From: an uncultured virus (IMG/VR IMGVR_UViG_3300027896_000030)
Lineage: Duplodnaviria; Heunggongvirae; Uroviricota; Caudoviricetes
Strand: one strand, 5' to 3'
IMG/VR virus record: IMGVR_UViG_3300027896_000030
Length of the DNA stretch: 64,000 nucleotides
The position numbers were made by a program, and so were the translations under genes. Of this stretch, positions 1 through 8,766 are shown piece by piece; within the stretch, counting starts at the first letter, position 1; each line of letters begins with the position of its first letter. Under the pieces are notes generated by a model, which was not told the origin of the DNA, made no database searches, and saw nothing but the letters and a program-made list of their open reading frames with translations.

Positions 1-493
1 ATATTGGTGTATAATTAACTAGTTAAACCATTAACATCCAAATGATTAACAAAGGTTAAAAAAATCTTTTTAGTTGAATATGTAGAGTAGTTGTAAAGAA
101 GTGTTCTTTAATTTAGTGCTATCTAGCACCGGAGCCACCGGCTCTATTGGTTGAAAATATTAATATGATATAAGAAATGATTGGGTGTTATCATGAAATG
201 TATAGAGTCAAAGGCTCTGGTACTAGATAACACTAGGGATTTATTCATAGATATATACTATTAAGATAGAAAAAGACAATTTGAGTACAAAAGAAAGTGA
301 TGGATGGTGAAAGGTGGTAGAAGGTTTGAAGTAGAAGATCTTTTTGATTTGGTGTACAAGTAGAATTTGATCCGCAGGCGCAACAGTGAGAGATTCATTG
401 CTTTCTTTCTACTCATAAACTACTTGTATTCTAGTAAACACTACTCCAAAACGAACCATCACTATCTAAACACCAACTCAAAAGGAATCATAG

Positions 494-706
494 ATGAAAG
501 AACCAAAGATTAGACGAGCGATTACTACTCAAACTATAACTGGAGCTTGTATAGAAACAATTCCAACTGGAACCGAGTTTGATATTATCATATGGGATGA
601 TGATAGTTTAACAGATAAAGAATATCCTAAACCTTATTGTCCATGCAACACAAAAGGATTAGGAATAACTGCTATTTGGAATGATGAATTCAAGTTCATA
701 AACTAA
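494..706 (+). CDS. Hypothetical protein
   Basis: 70 aa ORF with AAGGA upstream. Confidence 0.5.
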   Translation: MKEPKIRRAITTQTITGACIETIPTGTEFDIIIWDDDSLTDKEYPKPYCPCNTKGLGITAIWNDEFKFIN

Positions 707-720
707 ACAAAGAAACAAAC

Positions 721-969
721 ATGACCAAAAAAATAAAGAAGTTTAAATCAATCCCATTTAAAGTAGTTAAACAGATAGTTATTGATGACTTCAAGAAAAC
801 ACAAGATAAATATAATGATCATCACGCTAAAATATTTCTTGGTTGGTTGAAGGGTGTTGATAATATTCAACAGTTAGTTAATGTTATATCTTCTATTCAT
901 AGAGATCATAACAGAACTACTGGTTGTGAAGATTATGAATTTCTATTAGATCTACTTATCAAAGAGTAA
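721..969 (+). CDS. Hypothetical protein
   Basis: 82 aa ORF directly after the previous ORF. Confidence 0.55.
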   Translation: MTKKIKKFKSIPFKVVKQIVIDDFKKTQDKYNDHHAKIFLGWLKGVDNIQQLVNVISSIHRDHNRTTGCEDYEFLLDLLIKE

Positions 970-1052
970 CTTCTATCTATTGTTTGATTAAACGTTAATC
1001 TATACTTCTATTGAAATATTGAATAGAACAAACTACTAAAAAGGAGTATGGA

Positions 1053-1250
1053 TTGATGTTAACTTATAAAGATTCTGCTGAGTTATCAAAGATTATTCAT
1101 GAGGTAGATACTAACTCATTGATTAGTTATATGTTTGCTCTTTGTAGTACTAATGTTGGTGAGTTAGTTGAAGAGGATTTACGTGTTAAAGAGATAGTTT
1201 CTAAGGAATTAAAATTAAGAACCATTCATCCAAATGAATTGTGTGGTTGA
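1053..1250 (+). CDS. Hypothetical protein
   Basis: 65 aa ORF with AAGGAG upstream. Confidence 0.45.
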   Translation: MMLTYKDSAELSKIIHEVDTNSLISYMFALCSTNVGELVEEDLRVKEIVSKELKLRTIHPNELCG

Positions 1251-1459
1251 TGTGGGTTGTATCTTTTGTTGTATATCAAATCCTATATGGTTTTCATAAT
1301 AAACCTATAAGGGAAAACATATTTAATGATAGTTAAAGTAAGTTTTAATACAATAGAATCAGAGCTATTGTAAAAAGTCTGTATCTTTTGATATAATAAT
1401 AAAATAAAAATCATTTCTGGATGTATCTTTTATGTCTTAGTTTTTGAGGAGGTTTACCA

Positions 1460-1822
1460 TTGACTCTACAATGTGAACGAAGTAAAAGGAAATTTAAGTT
1501 AGAAGAAAAAAGATTGAAATATATCAATCAGTTGTTCTCACATGCTACGAATTTTGATACTCATTTAAGATTAGTAAACGAAGATTATCTACAAAGTGAA
1601 GAATGTGCTGATATTTCTGAAAAGATTTCTGAATTTTTAGAATCTAATATTATCTATGAGTATATAACTGAAAATAATGATTTAGTTCCAGTAGTTAATC
1701 CTAGTGATAAAACTATGTTTAATAATCAGTTATTATTCCCAATTTCTCGATCTTCTGTGAATTTTCTATCTAAGTTTTCAGAGTTTCTTTATTCTCGACA
1801 AAGAATCAACATTACTTATTAG
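1460..1822 (+). CDS. Hypothetical protein
   Basis: TTG start with GAGGAGG RBS, 120 aa. Confidence 0.55.
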   Translation: MTLQCERSKRKFKLEEKRLKYINQLFSHATNFDTHLRLVNEDYLQSEECADISEKISEFLESNIIYEYITENNDLVPVVNPSDKTMFNNQLLFPISRSSVNFLSKFSEFLYSRQRINITY

Positions 1823-1832
1823 AATCAAAAGG

Positions 1833-1844
1833 TATATATATTAA
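1833..1844 (+). promoter_or_regulatory. Class-1 promoter-like motif TATATATATTAA(TTATCGTATA), first copy
   Basis: Copies at 1833, 2483, 2769, 5079, 5730, 7215, 8378, 10586, 12767, 14696, 15792, 19225; variants at 29031 and 57359; all upstream of + strand genes or RNAs. Confidence 0.7.
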
Positions 1845-1901
1845 CTAATGAAGAGGATTTACTTCGTTAGTTTCAACAACGTCAAACAAAGGAGAAACGT
1901 G

Positions 1902-2360
1902 ATGAACAGGATTAGTATGGTTATCGGAATGATGCTTGCTGCTTTGTGTCTCACTGGATGCGGTGGGAACGGAGCACCAAGCACCAGTTTGGTCAAGAAT
2001 ACCATTATAGCAGAAAAACTCCAAGATCGATATTGGGGTGGCGATGATTATATCGCTGTTCCGATGGTATCATCTGATATCACCGAAAGTAGTGTAACAA
2101 GTAATCCACAGGAAACGTTCTATAATTTCACTGTTCGTGTGACGTTTGAACGAAAGTTTCCATCGAATGAAGTGGATGTGCTTTACAAGAAAATCGGTAT
2201 CAAAGCTGAGACTCCTGTATCATATAAGTCGATACAGCAATACAACTGTGAATTCGTTCAACGACGCGGTGAGTGGTTTCACACTATTGAGAAACCACAA
2301 CAAATTTCTGGTGAATTTATATCAATGAGTGGCAGTCCCTGTTCAAAACAGAAACTGTGA
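1902..2360 (+). CDS. Putative lipoprotein
   Basis: AAGGAG RBS; hydrophobic N-terminus ending in lipobox LTGC. Confidence 0.7.
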   Translation: MNRISMVIGMMLAALCLTGCGGNGAPSTSLVKNTIIAEKLQDRYWGGDDYIAVPMVSSDITESSVTSNPQETFYNFTVRVTFERKFPSNEVDVLYKKIGIKAETPVSYKSIQQYNCEFVQRRGEWFHTIEKPQQISGEFISMSGSPCSKQKL

Positions 2361-2387
2361 TTTTTTCAGTCTCCAGGTCCAAGGGTT

Positions 2388-2429
2388 AGGGGGGTAGCAT
2401 AGAGTAACATCTATGCTATCCCCTTTTTT
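2388..2429 (+). terminator. Intrinsic terminator
   Basis: GGGGGTAGCATAGA/TCTATGCTATCCCC stem followed by a T run. Confidence 0.75.
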
Positions 2430-2499
2430 GATCATTTTTTTCGCTTAAAATACGATATATCGGTATTGTATCGTTTAAATTCTATATATATTAATAAAC

Positions 2500-2760
2500 G
2501 TATAGGAAGTAGTTCGTTTCTAGAAATGGGTTATTTCCTAACACGCTTATGGTAGATCAGGACTATAATGAGTTGTGCGTTGCAATTATAGGCTACCACA
2601 AGAACTTTATAAGCGCAATATGTGTGATGGGACGATACTCATTTACATGAAATTAAAACATCCTATGTAAGGGATCCTCCTAAGGATTAGCTGCACGTTG
2701 TTTTTCGGTTATCTAATCTCTGTATAGATTACGTATGAACTCGGTTCAAATTACGAGTAT
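2500..2760 (+). ncRNA. Putative structured non-coding RNA
   Basis: No ORF between two class-1 motifs; 17 bp stem 2503-2519/2524-2540 with G-U pairs; nested stems 2544-2550/2609-2615, 2551-2555/2593-2597, 2563-2569/2585-2591. Confidence 0.45.
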
Positions 2761-2889
2761 ACAAAGTCTATATATATTAATAACCGATTAAAGATAGATT
2801 GTATCCACAGTGGATATGATCTATTATTTATAGCAGAACGGACTATGCTGTATCTTAGTTTAAGTCCACAAACCCGAAGGAACAGTATC

Positions 2890-3105
2890 ATGAGCGATTC
2901 AACAGCAGTCACCGCGAAGAAGCCCGCCCACCGCAGGAATCTCACTCCCAGGAACACCTCGTCCCCGGTAATGAAAGTCGCCGGTTCCAAGCCCGACTGG
3001 AAGACCGCCTGCGCAACAGCTGGTATCATCGTCGGCGTGGCAGCTCTGGTGGCCGGCGGTGTGTATGCGTACAACAAGTACAGCGTACCATCGAACGGTA
3101 ACTGA
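2890..3105 (+). CDS. Small membrane-anchored protein
   Basis: AAGGA RBS; basic N-terminus and one C-terminal hydrophobic helix; more GC-rich codon usage. Confidence 0.6.
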   Translation: MSDSTAVTAKKPAHRRNLTPRNTSSPVMKVAGSKPDWKTACATAGIIVGVAALVAGGVYAYNKYSVPSNGN

Positions 3106-3974
3106 TACTCTCTCCGAGTGGAGAAGGTATTAGGAAAAGGGGGTGGTAGTTAAATACTACCCTCTTTTTTCTTCGCTGATTTAAATGGAACTATAGATCG
3201 CTCTCGCTCTATTGATACACTACACACTATTTAATATATAATATTAAGTAGTATTTTAATTTTAAAACATATGAGTTAATACTTTACATTAAACGAACAT
3301 GATCTTTATTCGATGATAAATAATAAAGAAATGGTATAATTTAAACACTCATTAATTTTAATATATTATTTAAACAACTTATTAATTAATAGGTACAATT
3401 ACTTTAATTATTGTTAAAGTATCGTTGAGTTTGAAGTTATGATATAAAATACTACTATAGAATATCCTAAAGAAGGATTTTACAAAAGAAATGGTTCTAT
3501 TCGAAGACTATAAACGGTTATGTTTTAAATATGTTTATAATAAATAAATATAAACATATAAGTATTATTAAGTAGTTTGTTAGTACCATATATGAAAGTA
3601 TATGAGTAGAAATGACTTGTTGTAGGGAGAAGGAAGGTTTTAATATGTTTATAATTATTTAATAAGGTTGTTATTATATAATTAAATTATATTGGTTGTT
3701 AATTGAGTTGATAGATGGGTAGTGTGTGGTGAGTGTATAGGTGGTGTAGGTATGGTGTATAGTAGTACCGAGTAGTATGTTTGATCTGTTCTTGATAGTA
3801 CGTGCGCCGATTAAGGGTATCCCTAGGGTAACAAACGCATACATTGGCTATGGTATATCGATACCATAGGGCTCCGCATACCACAGCTGGAAAATTTCCC
3901 AATTTTTTCAATTTGAGAAAGGTGTTTGTAAATATAACGTTTCTACTTAATAACTATTCACCGTTTTATATTTT

Positions 3975-4952
3975 TTATAAATTTTTTGAATTTGAGATTT
4001 CGATTATTTTATCATTAAACTTCTTTATAATTGTTTCAGTATTTTCTTTCCACTCTTTTTCTTTAATTCTAAAAAACTCACACTTTAACTCTGCATAAAT
4101 ATTTTCAGCTCTAATTGGATCTCTTATTTGAGATACAGCACCATTATGGAATTGCTCATCATATTCTATCACCAAATTCAATTCTTCAATATACCCATCT
4201 AAATGATAACCACTTTTCACTTTCTTTTGACTATCTAAACATAATATCTTATAAGGACTAACCTCTTGTAATTTAGGAAAGATTTCAAATTCAAGTCTAC
4301 CTATATTAGGACAATGTCTATCTGAACAAATAACCCTTACTTTTTCTTTTGCTTCTAAAGTTCTATGATTATGACCAACAACAAATTGATTATATTCTGT
4401 TGGGTGGTGTATTTTGCTTTTTACTTTTTTACCACATCCACATGCACATAGTGGAGCATTATCAATAGATTGTTGAATTTGAATTAGTTTTTCTCTTCTG
4501 AGTGATTCTTCATAATGACCCGGATAATAAATTGATTTACTGCCTATAACTTTATTACCACAACCGCATTTACAAAGTGGTCTTTCTTTTCTTATTTTGC
4601 TATCTCTTATTAATAATCTATCTTGGTAACTCTTTAATTCATAATGACCAGGTAAATATTTATTATTCAAATGATAAACGTTTTTACCACACCCACACAT
4701 ACATAATGGTTTAGGTTTATCTGTTCTATGACCAGGTAGATAAATTTGATAGATTTTTTCAACTCTATTTCCACACCCGCATTTACATAGATGTCTGTTT
4801 ACACTAAGATGATGATTAAATAGATAGATGTTCCATTTGTTTGAATGTATATAACTCTTTTTTACTGGTTTTCCACAACCGCATTTACAAAGTGGTGGAT
4901 TATTAATATCTGTAATAAGTAAATAATCTTCTTTTATTAATTTTGTTTTCAT
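3975..4952 (-). CDS. Homing endonuclease-like protein (CxCGCG repeats + Vsr/DUF559-like nuclease)
   Basis: Five LCxCGCG repeats; C-terminal LDGYIEELNLVIEYDEQFH...FFRIKE motif. Confidence 0.75.
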   Translation of the reverse strand: MKTKLIKEDYLLITDINNPPLCKCGCGKPVKKSYIHSNKWNIYLFNHHLSVNRHLCKCGCGNRVEKIYQIYLPGHRTDKPKPLCMCGCGKNVYHLNNKYLPGHYELKSYQDRLLIRDSKIRKERPLCKCGCGNKVIGSKSIYYPGHYEESLRREKLIQIQQSIDNAPLCACGCGKKVKSKIHHPTEYNQFVVGHNHRTLEAKEKVRVICSDRHCPNIGRLEFEIFPKLQEVSPYKILCLDSQKKVKSGYHLDGYIEELNLVIEYDEQFHNGAVSQIRDPIRAENIYAELKCEFFRIKEKEWKENTETIIKKFNDKIIEISNSKNL

Positions 4953-4966
4953 TCGTTTTTACTCTC

Positions 4967-4979
4967 TTTTAATTTATTC
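4967..4979 (-). promoter_or_regulatory. Class-2 (late-like) promoter motif GAA(C/T)AAA(T/A)TAAAA, first copy
   Basis: + copies at 8739, 10076, 16637, 17618, 19989, 30994, 50831; - copies at 4967, 12687, 16587, 36124, 40584, 47276, 57297, 62524; each lies just upstream of a co-oriented gene. Confidence 0.6.
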
Positions 4980-5156
4980 TAGAGATGAAACATATGATCT
5001 CGTGGTTTGCGGGGTATATAGATTAGCGGATCAATACGAACGCAAGCGATGCTATAAATGATCTATCCGTTCATTTACTATATATATTAATTATCGTATA
5101 GAAGAGTTTATTGCGCTCTGTGATTTCTAACCCCAAACCCGTAAAGGAAAAGTGTC

Positions 5157-5439
5157 ATGTTTGTAGCAGGTAAACACCATTGGGGAAGACGCAATCTGTT
5201 CTTATCCAAATAACATTCTTCCATGCATAGGAGGAACGCTAGTGATTGATGGAGAGATTGATCATTACGTTCTTCCTGATGACGGTGTATGGAAGCAAGT
5301 GTTACTTCCTACCGGTGGTTTTAATATCACCGGATGCTTAGGTGAGGAACCCATTGTAAAGACTGGTGAGAATGAAACTCACCGGAAATTACTGATCAAA
5401 GCTATGTTGGTAAGAACTACCATCAACTGTGGTGGCTGA
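5157..5439 (+). pseudogene. Frameshifted hypothetical gene
   Basis: ATG 5157 with AAAGGA RBS runs out of frame after ~5 codons; the +1 frame is open (VNTIGEDAICSYPNNILPCIGGTLVIDGE...) to 5439. Confidence 0.45.
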
Positions 5440-5487
5440 GACTTTCCAACGATGATTTCAAACCCCAAACCCAAGGAGAGAATTATC

Positions 5488-5631
5488 ATGAATGAGACTG
5501 AGTTTGTAGAGTTTGAAAAATCTCTTCAAAAAACTCTCCAAGAAGAACGAAGAATGAAAAAGGAATGGATGTGGTATCCTTTACTGGGTATCATTGTTAT
5601 GTTGATCATCATTCTTGGATGCTGTCTTTAA
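5488..5631 (+). CDS. Small membrane protein
   Basis: AAGGAG RBS; MNETEFVEF...LLGIIVMLIIILGCCL, 47 aa. Confidence 0.55.
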   Translation: MNETEFVEFEKSLQKTLQEERRMKKEWMWYPLLGIIVMLIIILGCCL

Positions 5632-5832
5632 TAGAAGATATGTGTCCAAGAAGAAAAAAGAGAAGTGATAGCGAAAGCTATTAACCTCTTTTTTTTCTAA
5701 AAATATTAGTTTGAATTGATTTGTTATGTTATATATATTAATTATCGTATAAGAAATTTATTTACATATCGTAATAGATTGATCTTATACAACACTACCC
5801 TCTTAAACATCAGGGTAGAAAGGAAAGACAAG

Positions 5833-6537
5833 ATGAAGATCAAGATCACATTGACTGAAGAGATGCTTGGTACTCAACCTCAAAACAAAGAGATTCATGC
5901 TGAGTTCATTGGATCTCGAAGTGCGGATGCTGAAAGACTCGCTGAAGAACAAGCAGCTTTGCCTGCTGAAGAACTGATCGCCAAGGGTAAGACTGTCTTC
6001 TATCGTGCCAAACGAGGAACATCAGCTTTGATTTCTGTGACGCCCGGTGCACAACATCTGGACAAAGATGACAAGAAGCTTGTTCATGTTTCTCAACCAT
6101 TGGGAACTGTTCTTCCTGATGATTCAGATGAGGTGCCGGCAATGATGGACTACCATTTCAAAGGTATGTTCAAAGATGCCTGTGGTATGCTTGGTCGTGT
6201 CAAGGAAACCGAGTCATCCAAACTCAAGGCGTACAAGAAAATCATCGATGGATTGATCTTCGTCAATCCAAGAATCATTCCTATTTACCTTCCTATAGGT
6301 GCAAGCATTGGTGAGTGTCAGCGTCCTTTGCGCATTTCTGGTGCACAGGGTGAACGTACTGCTCTCGCCAATTCCGAAACAGTACCTGCTGGTAGCTGGA
6401 TGGAACTCGAGATTACCTGTCTCGATCCTGCTCATCTTCCTGCTGTGAAGGAGTGGCTCAACTACGGTCAGCTTCGTGGTTTGGGTCAATGGCGAAATAG
6501 CGGGAAAGGTCGCTTCACCTATGTTGTGGTGGAGTAA
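5833..6537 (+). CDS. Stand-alone Cas7/RAMP-like RNA-binding protein (234 aa)
   Basis: N-terminal strand MKIKITLTEEMLG; HFKGMFKDA helix motif (RAMP KG motif); ETVPAGS motif; C-terminal glycine-rich loop GLGQWRNSGKGRF; class-1 motif at 5730 and AGGAAAG RBS. Confidence 0.75.
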   Translation: MKIKITLTEEMLGTQPQNKEIHAEFIGSRSADAERLAEEQAALPAEELIAKGKTVFYRAKRGTSALISVTPGAQHLDKDDKKLVHVSQPLGTVLPDDSDEVPAMMDYHFKGMFKDACGMLGRVKETESSKLKAYKKIIDGLIFVNPRIIPIYLPIGASIGECQRPLRISGAQGERTALANSETVPAGSWMELEITCLDPAHLPAVKEWLNYGQLRGLGQWRNSGKGRFTYVVVE

Positions 6538-6544
6538 CCATTAC

Positions 6545-6583
6545 AAGAAGGAGGGATGAACTTACAACTCATCCCTTCTTTTT
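6545..6583 (+). terminator. Hairpin + U tract between the Cas7-like gene and the array
   Basis: AGGGATGA/TCATCCCT stem followed by TCTTTTT. Confidence 0.55.
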
Positions 6584-7160
6584 AGCAATGGAATGGCGGA
6601 TCACATCGGAGTAGAGTTCGGCAACGCTAAGGCGTGGCTACGCGGGGCAGGGTTAGCATAGCAAAGGATTGATATGAATTTGTTGAGTCGAGCGCTGATC
6701 TGCACAGCAAAGGAGACGCGGAGGCGTAGCGATTGAACCGCTGGGACTGACATCGTAAAACAAAGGAGTGGCGCGGTCGAGTTAGACGCGGCAAAGGAGA
6801 AGCCTGGTTTGTCGGTACATTGTTAAGCAAAGCAATGGAGAAGCTTGTCATAGTACCGCAAAGGCGATGTGGTTCAGATCACGACCAAGCAAAGGAAAGG
6901 CGGGGATACTTAGCTCAGCGCATAAGATTGGCGAAGCGCATTGGAGACATGCCTAGTAAAGGAATGGCGTTTAGGAGCTAGACGCTGTATCGCAAAGGAG
7001 TAGCCGTGAGTCGAAACGTGTTGCATTGCAACAGCAGGGCGGTGAGCAGCTAGGCACTGTATCGCAAAGGCAAAGTAATGGAGCGAGGTAAAAAGTAACG
7101 CCAAGTAATGGAACGGTGGGGCCCAGTACCGCTCGGACCCGTGTAGCAAAGGCAAAGCAC
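6584..7160 (+). repeat. Non-CRISPR periodic array (putative guide-RNA array): 16 GCAAAGG-like handles separated by NGY-NN pentamer runs
   Basis: Handles at 6585, 6626, 6661, 6707, 6760, 6791, 6832, 6858, 6889, 6920, 6956, 6992, 7028, 7064, 7105, 7146; spacings 41,35,46,53,31,41,26,31,31,36,36,36,36,41,41. Confidence 0.85.
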
Positions 7161-7203
7161 AAGAAGTGTAATAGTCTGACAAACTATTACACTTCTTTTT
7201 TTT
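7161..7203 (+). terminator. Intrinsic terminator closing the array
   Basis: AAGAAGTGTAATAGT/ACTATTACACTTCTT perfect stem followed by a T run. Confidence 0.85.
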
Positions 7204-7312
7204 CTTCGATTTACTATATATATTAATTATCGTATAAGAAGTTTATTGCAGTTCTATTTAATAGTGCTGTGATAAGTTTTTATTACATTAACCACAAACC
7301 CACAGGAGTTCT

Positions 7313-8260
7313 ATGACAGCAACAAGGAACGAATTGTGCTGCAGTGAACCAGGATGTTCTTTCATTGGAAAGAATGAAAAGAGTCTTGGTATGCACCAAT
7401 TCAGATCAAAGCATGGAAAGTGGAAAGGTATCCCTTCCATAGTCCTTATTCCATCAGAAAGGACAAAGAAAATTCCCAGTGACAAAATCATTCCAATGAG
7501 TTTGGACTGGGCGAAATGGACCAAAGAAGATCAACAACTAGCTGAAAGTCAATGGGCGTTAGCTCGAATTGACAAACCATTGGAAGATAGTTCAGTTCTC
7601 TGGAATGAGGTATTGAATGAATATCTTCCGGGATTGAAAGGATCCAATTTCACTTCTCAGAAAGCAGCGAGTTGTGCTGCATGTTATCATAATGTTATCA
7701 ACGATAACAAACCAAAAGAAGTTATCGTTGAGAAACCGGTGGTGCAAGAAGTGACCATTAATGATATTGTGAAATTTATTCATGATATCCCAACATCGGC
7801 ATTAGCTGCTGAATTAGGTCGGCGGCAAGGTTTGTTGATGGATGCGCAGTTGATTGCAGCTAACCATTCACAAGAAACGAAACCATCAACATCCGAATCA
7901 CATTTGGAAAATTCTTGGTTGAAGAAACCAGAACCAACAGCAACACAAACAGTGTTACTTAACATTGATGTGGTAGGTATTCTACCTCATCATTGTCAAG
8001 AGTTGAAAATGAAGTATGATGGAAAAGTCAACTTCAAATTCATCCCCACTGACAAGACACGGATAGGTATCCGTACATGTACCGATTACGTTATTGCAAC
8101 ACGTGGTCGTGGTCATCGTCATGATGATCAGATTCTGATGGCCCTCAGAGGAGATAAAGCTAGGTTTATCGACCTAGCATATAAAAATGGTTCGTGGTTA
8201 ACCGTCGTGGATGAGGCGATAACCGAACTGTTGGCTCGACAACAACAGAAGGAACCATAG
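7313..8260 (+). CDS. Hypothetical protein with N-terminal C2H2-like zinc finger
   Basis: CSEPGC...HQFRSKH; CAGGAG RBS; terminator follows at ~8279-8318. Confidence 0.65.
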   Translation: MTATRNELCCSEPGCSFIGKNEKSLGMHQFRSKHGKWKGIPSIVLIPSERTKKIPSDKIIPMSLDWAKWTKEDQQLAESQWALARIDKPLEDSSVLWNEVLNEYLPGLKGSNFTSQKAASCAACYHNVINDNKPKEVIVEKPVVQEVTINDIVKFIHDIPTSALAAELGRRQGLLMDAQLIAANHSQETKPSTSESHLENSWLKKPEPTATQTVLLNIDVVGILPHHCQELKMKYDGKVNFKFIPTDKTRIGIRTCTDYVIATRGRGHRHDDQILMALRGDKARFIDLAYKNGSWLTVVDEAITELLARQQQKEP

Positions 8261-8417
8261 CAGATAAAAGTCTGCAAAAAGAAGTGAGTGGTGTTAGACT
8301 CCCACCACTTCTTTTTTTGGTTAGAAAATATTGATTATAATAAACGCAAGCGATAGGTATGGATTAATTTGAATTGCTATATATATTAATTATCGTATGG
8401 GTTTTGTTTTTCTTAAT

Positions 8418-8495
8418 GGGACCATAGCTCAGTTTGGTAGTAGCACGTCACTTTTAATGACGGGGTCGCGGGTTCGAACCCCGCTGGTCCTACCA
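8418..8495 (+). tRNA. tRNA-Lys(UUU)
   Basis: Acceptor GGGACCA/TGGTCCT, anticodon arm CGTCA-CTTTTAA-TGACG, T arm GCGGG-TTCGAAC-CCCGC, encoded CCA. Confidence 0.9.
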
Positions 8496-8516
8496 TTTCA
8501 TAACAAGGAGAATTCA

Positions 8517-8654
8517 ATGTTATCATTCATCAGAAGCATCATGTGTTGTTTCATTGGCGGTATGATTCTTTGGTTGATTGGAGTAATCCTTTCACTTGGT
8601 ACTTTTTGTCTTATCATTTATGTGGCCTGGCATTTTATCAGCAAGTACTGGTAG
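8517..8654 (+). CDS. Small hydrophobic protein
   Basis: AAGGAG RBS; 45 aa, hydrophobic. Confidence 0.5.
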   Translation: MLSFIRSIMCCFIGGMILWLIGVILSLGTFCLIIYVAWHFISKYW

Positions 8655-8766
8655 AATCACTAGATTAAAAAAAGAAATGAGTAGTCTAACAAACTACTAT
8701 ATTTCTTTTTTTTTCGATGAATTATTCTGTTCTAATATGAACAAATTAAAAAGGAGATTCTTTACT

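Noticed and set aside
5716..5832. Longer N-terminus for the Cas7-like ORF
   Set aside because: It overlaps the promoter motif; the RBS supports ATG 5833.
6584..7160. Canonical CRISPR array
   Set aside because: The repeats are only ~7-8 nt and degenerate, the intervening sequence has its own 5-nt periodicity, and no cas1/cas2/cas6 is in the window.
6627..7182. Minus-strand ORFs 6627-6851, 6910-7182 and 6971-7162
   Set aside because: No RBS, atypical composition, and period 5 rather than 3; they are by-products of the GC-rich array.
8397..8516. ORF N-terminus overlapping tRNA-Lys; likewise 29403-29495 and 29279-29530 over the intron/tRNA
   Set aside because: These overlap well-formed RNA genes; downstream ATGs have proper RBSs.
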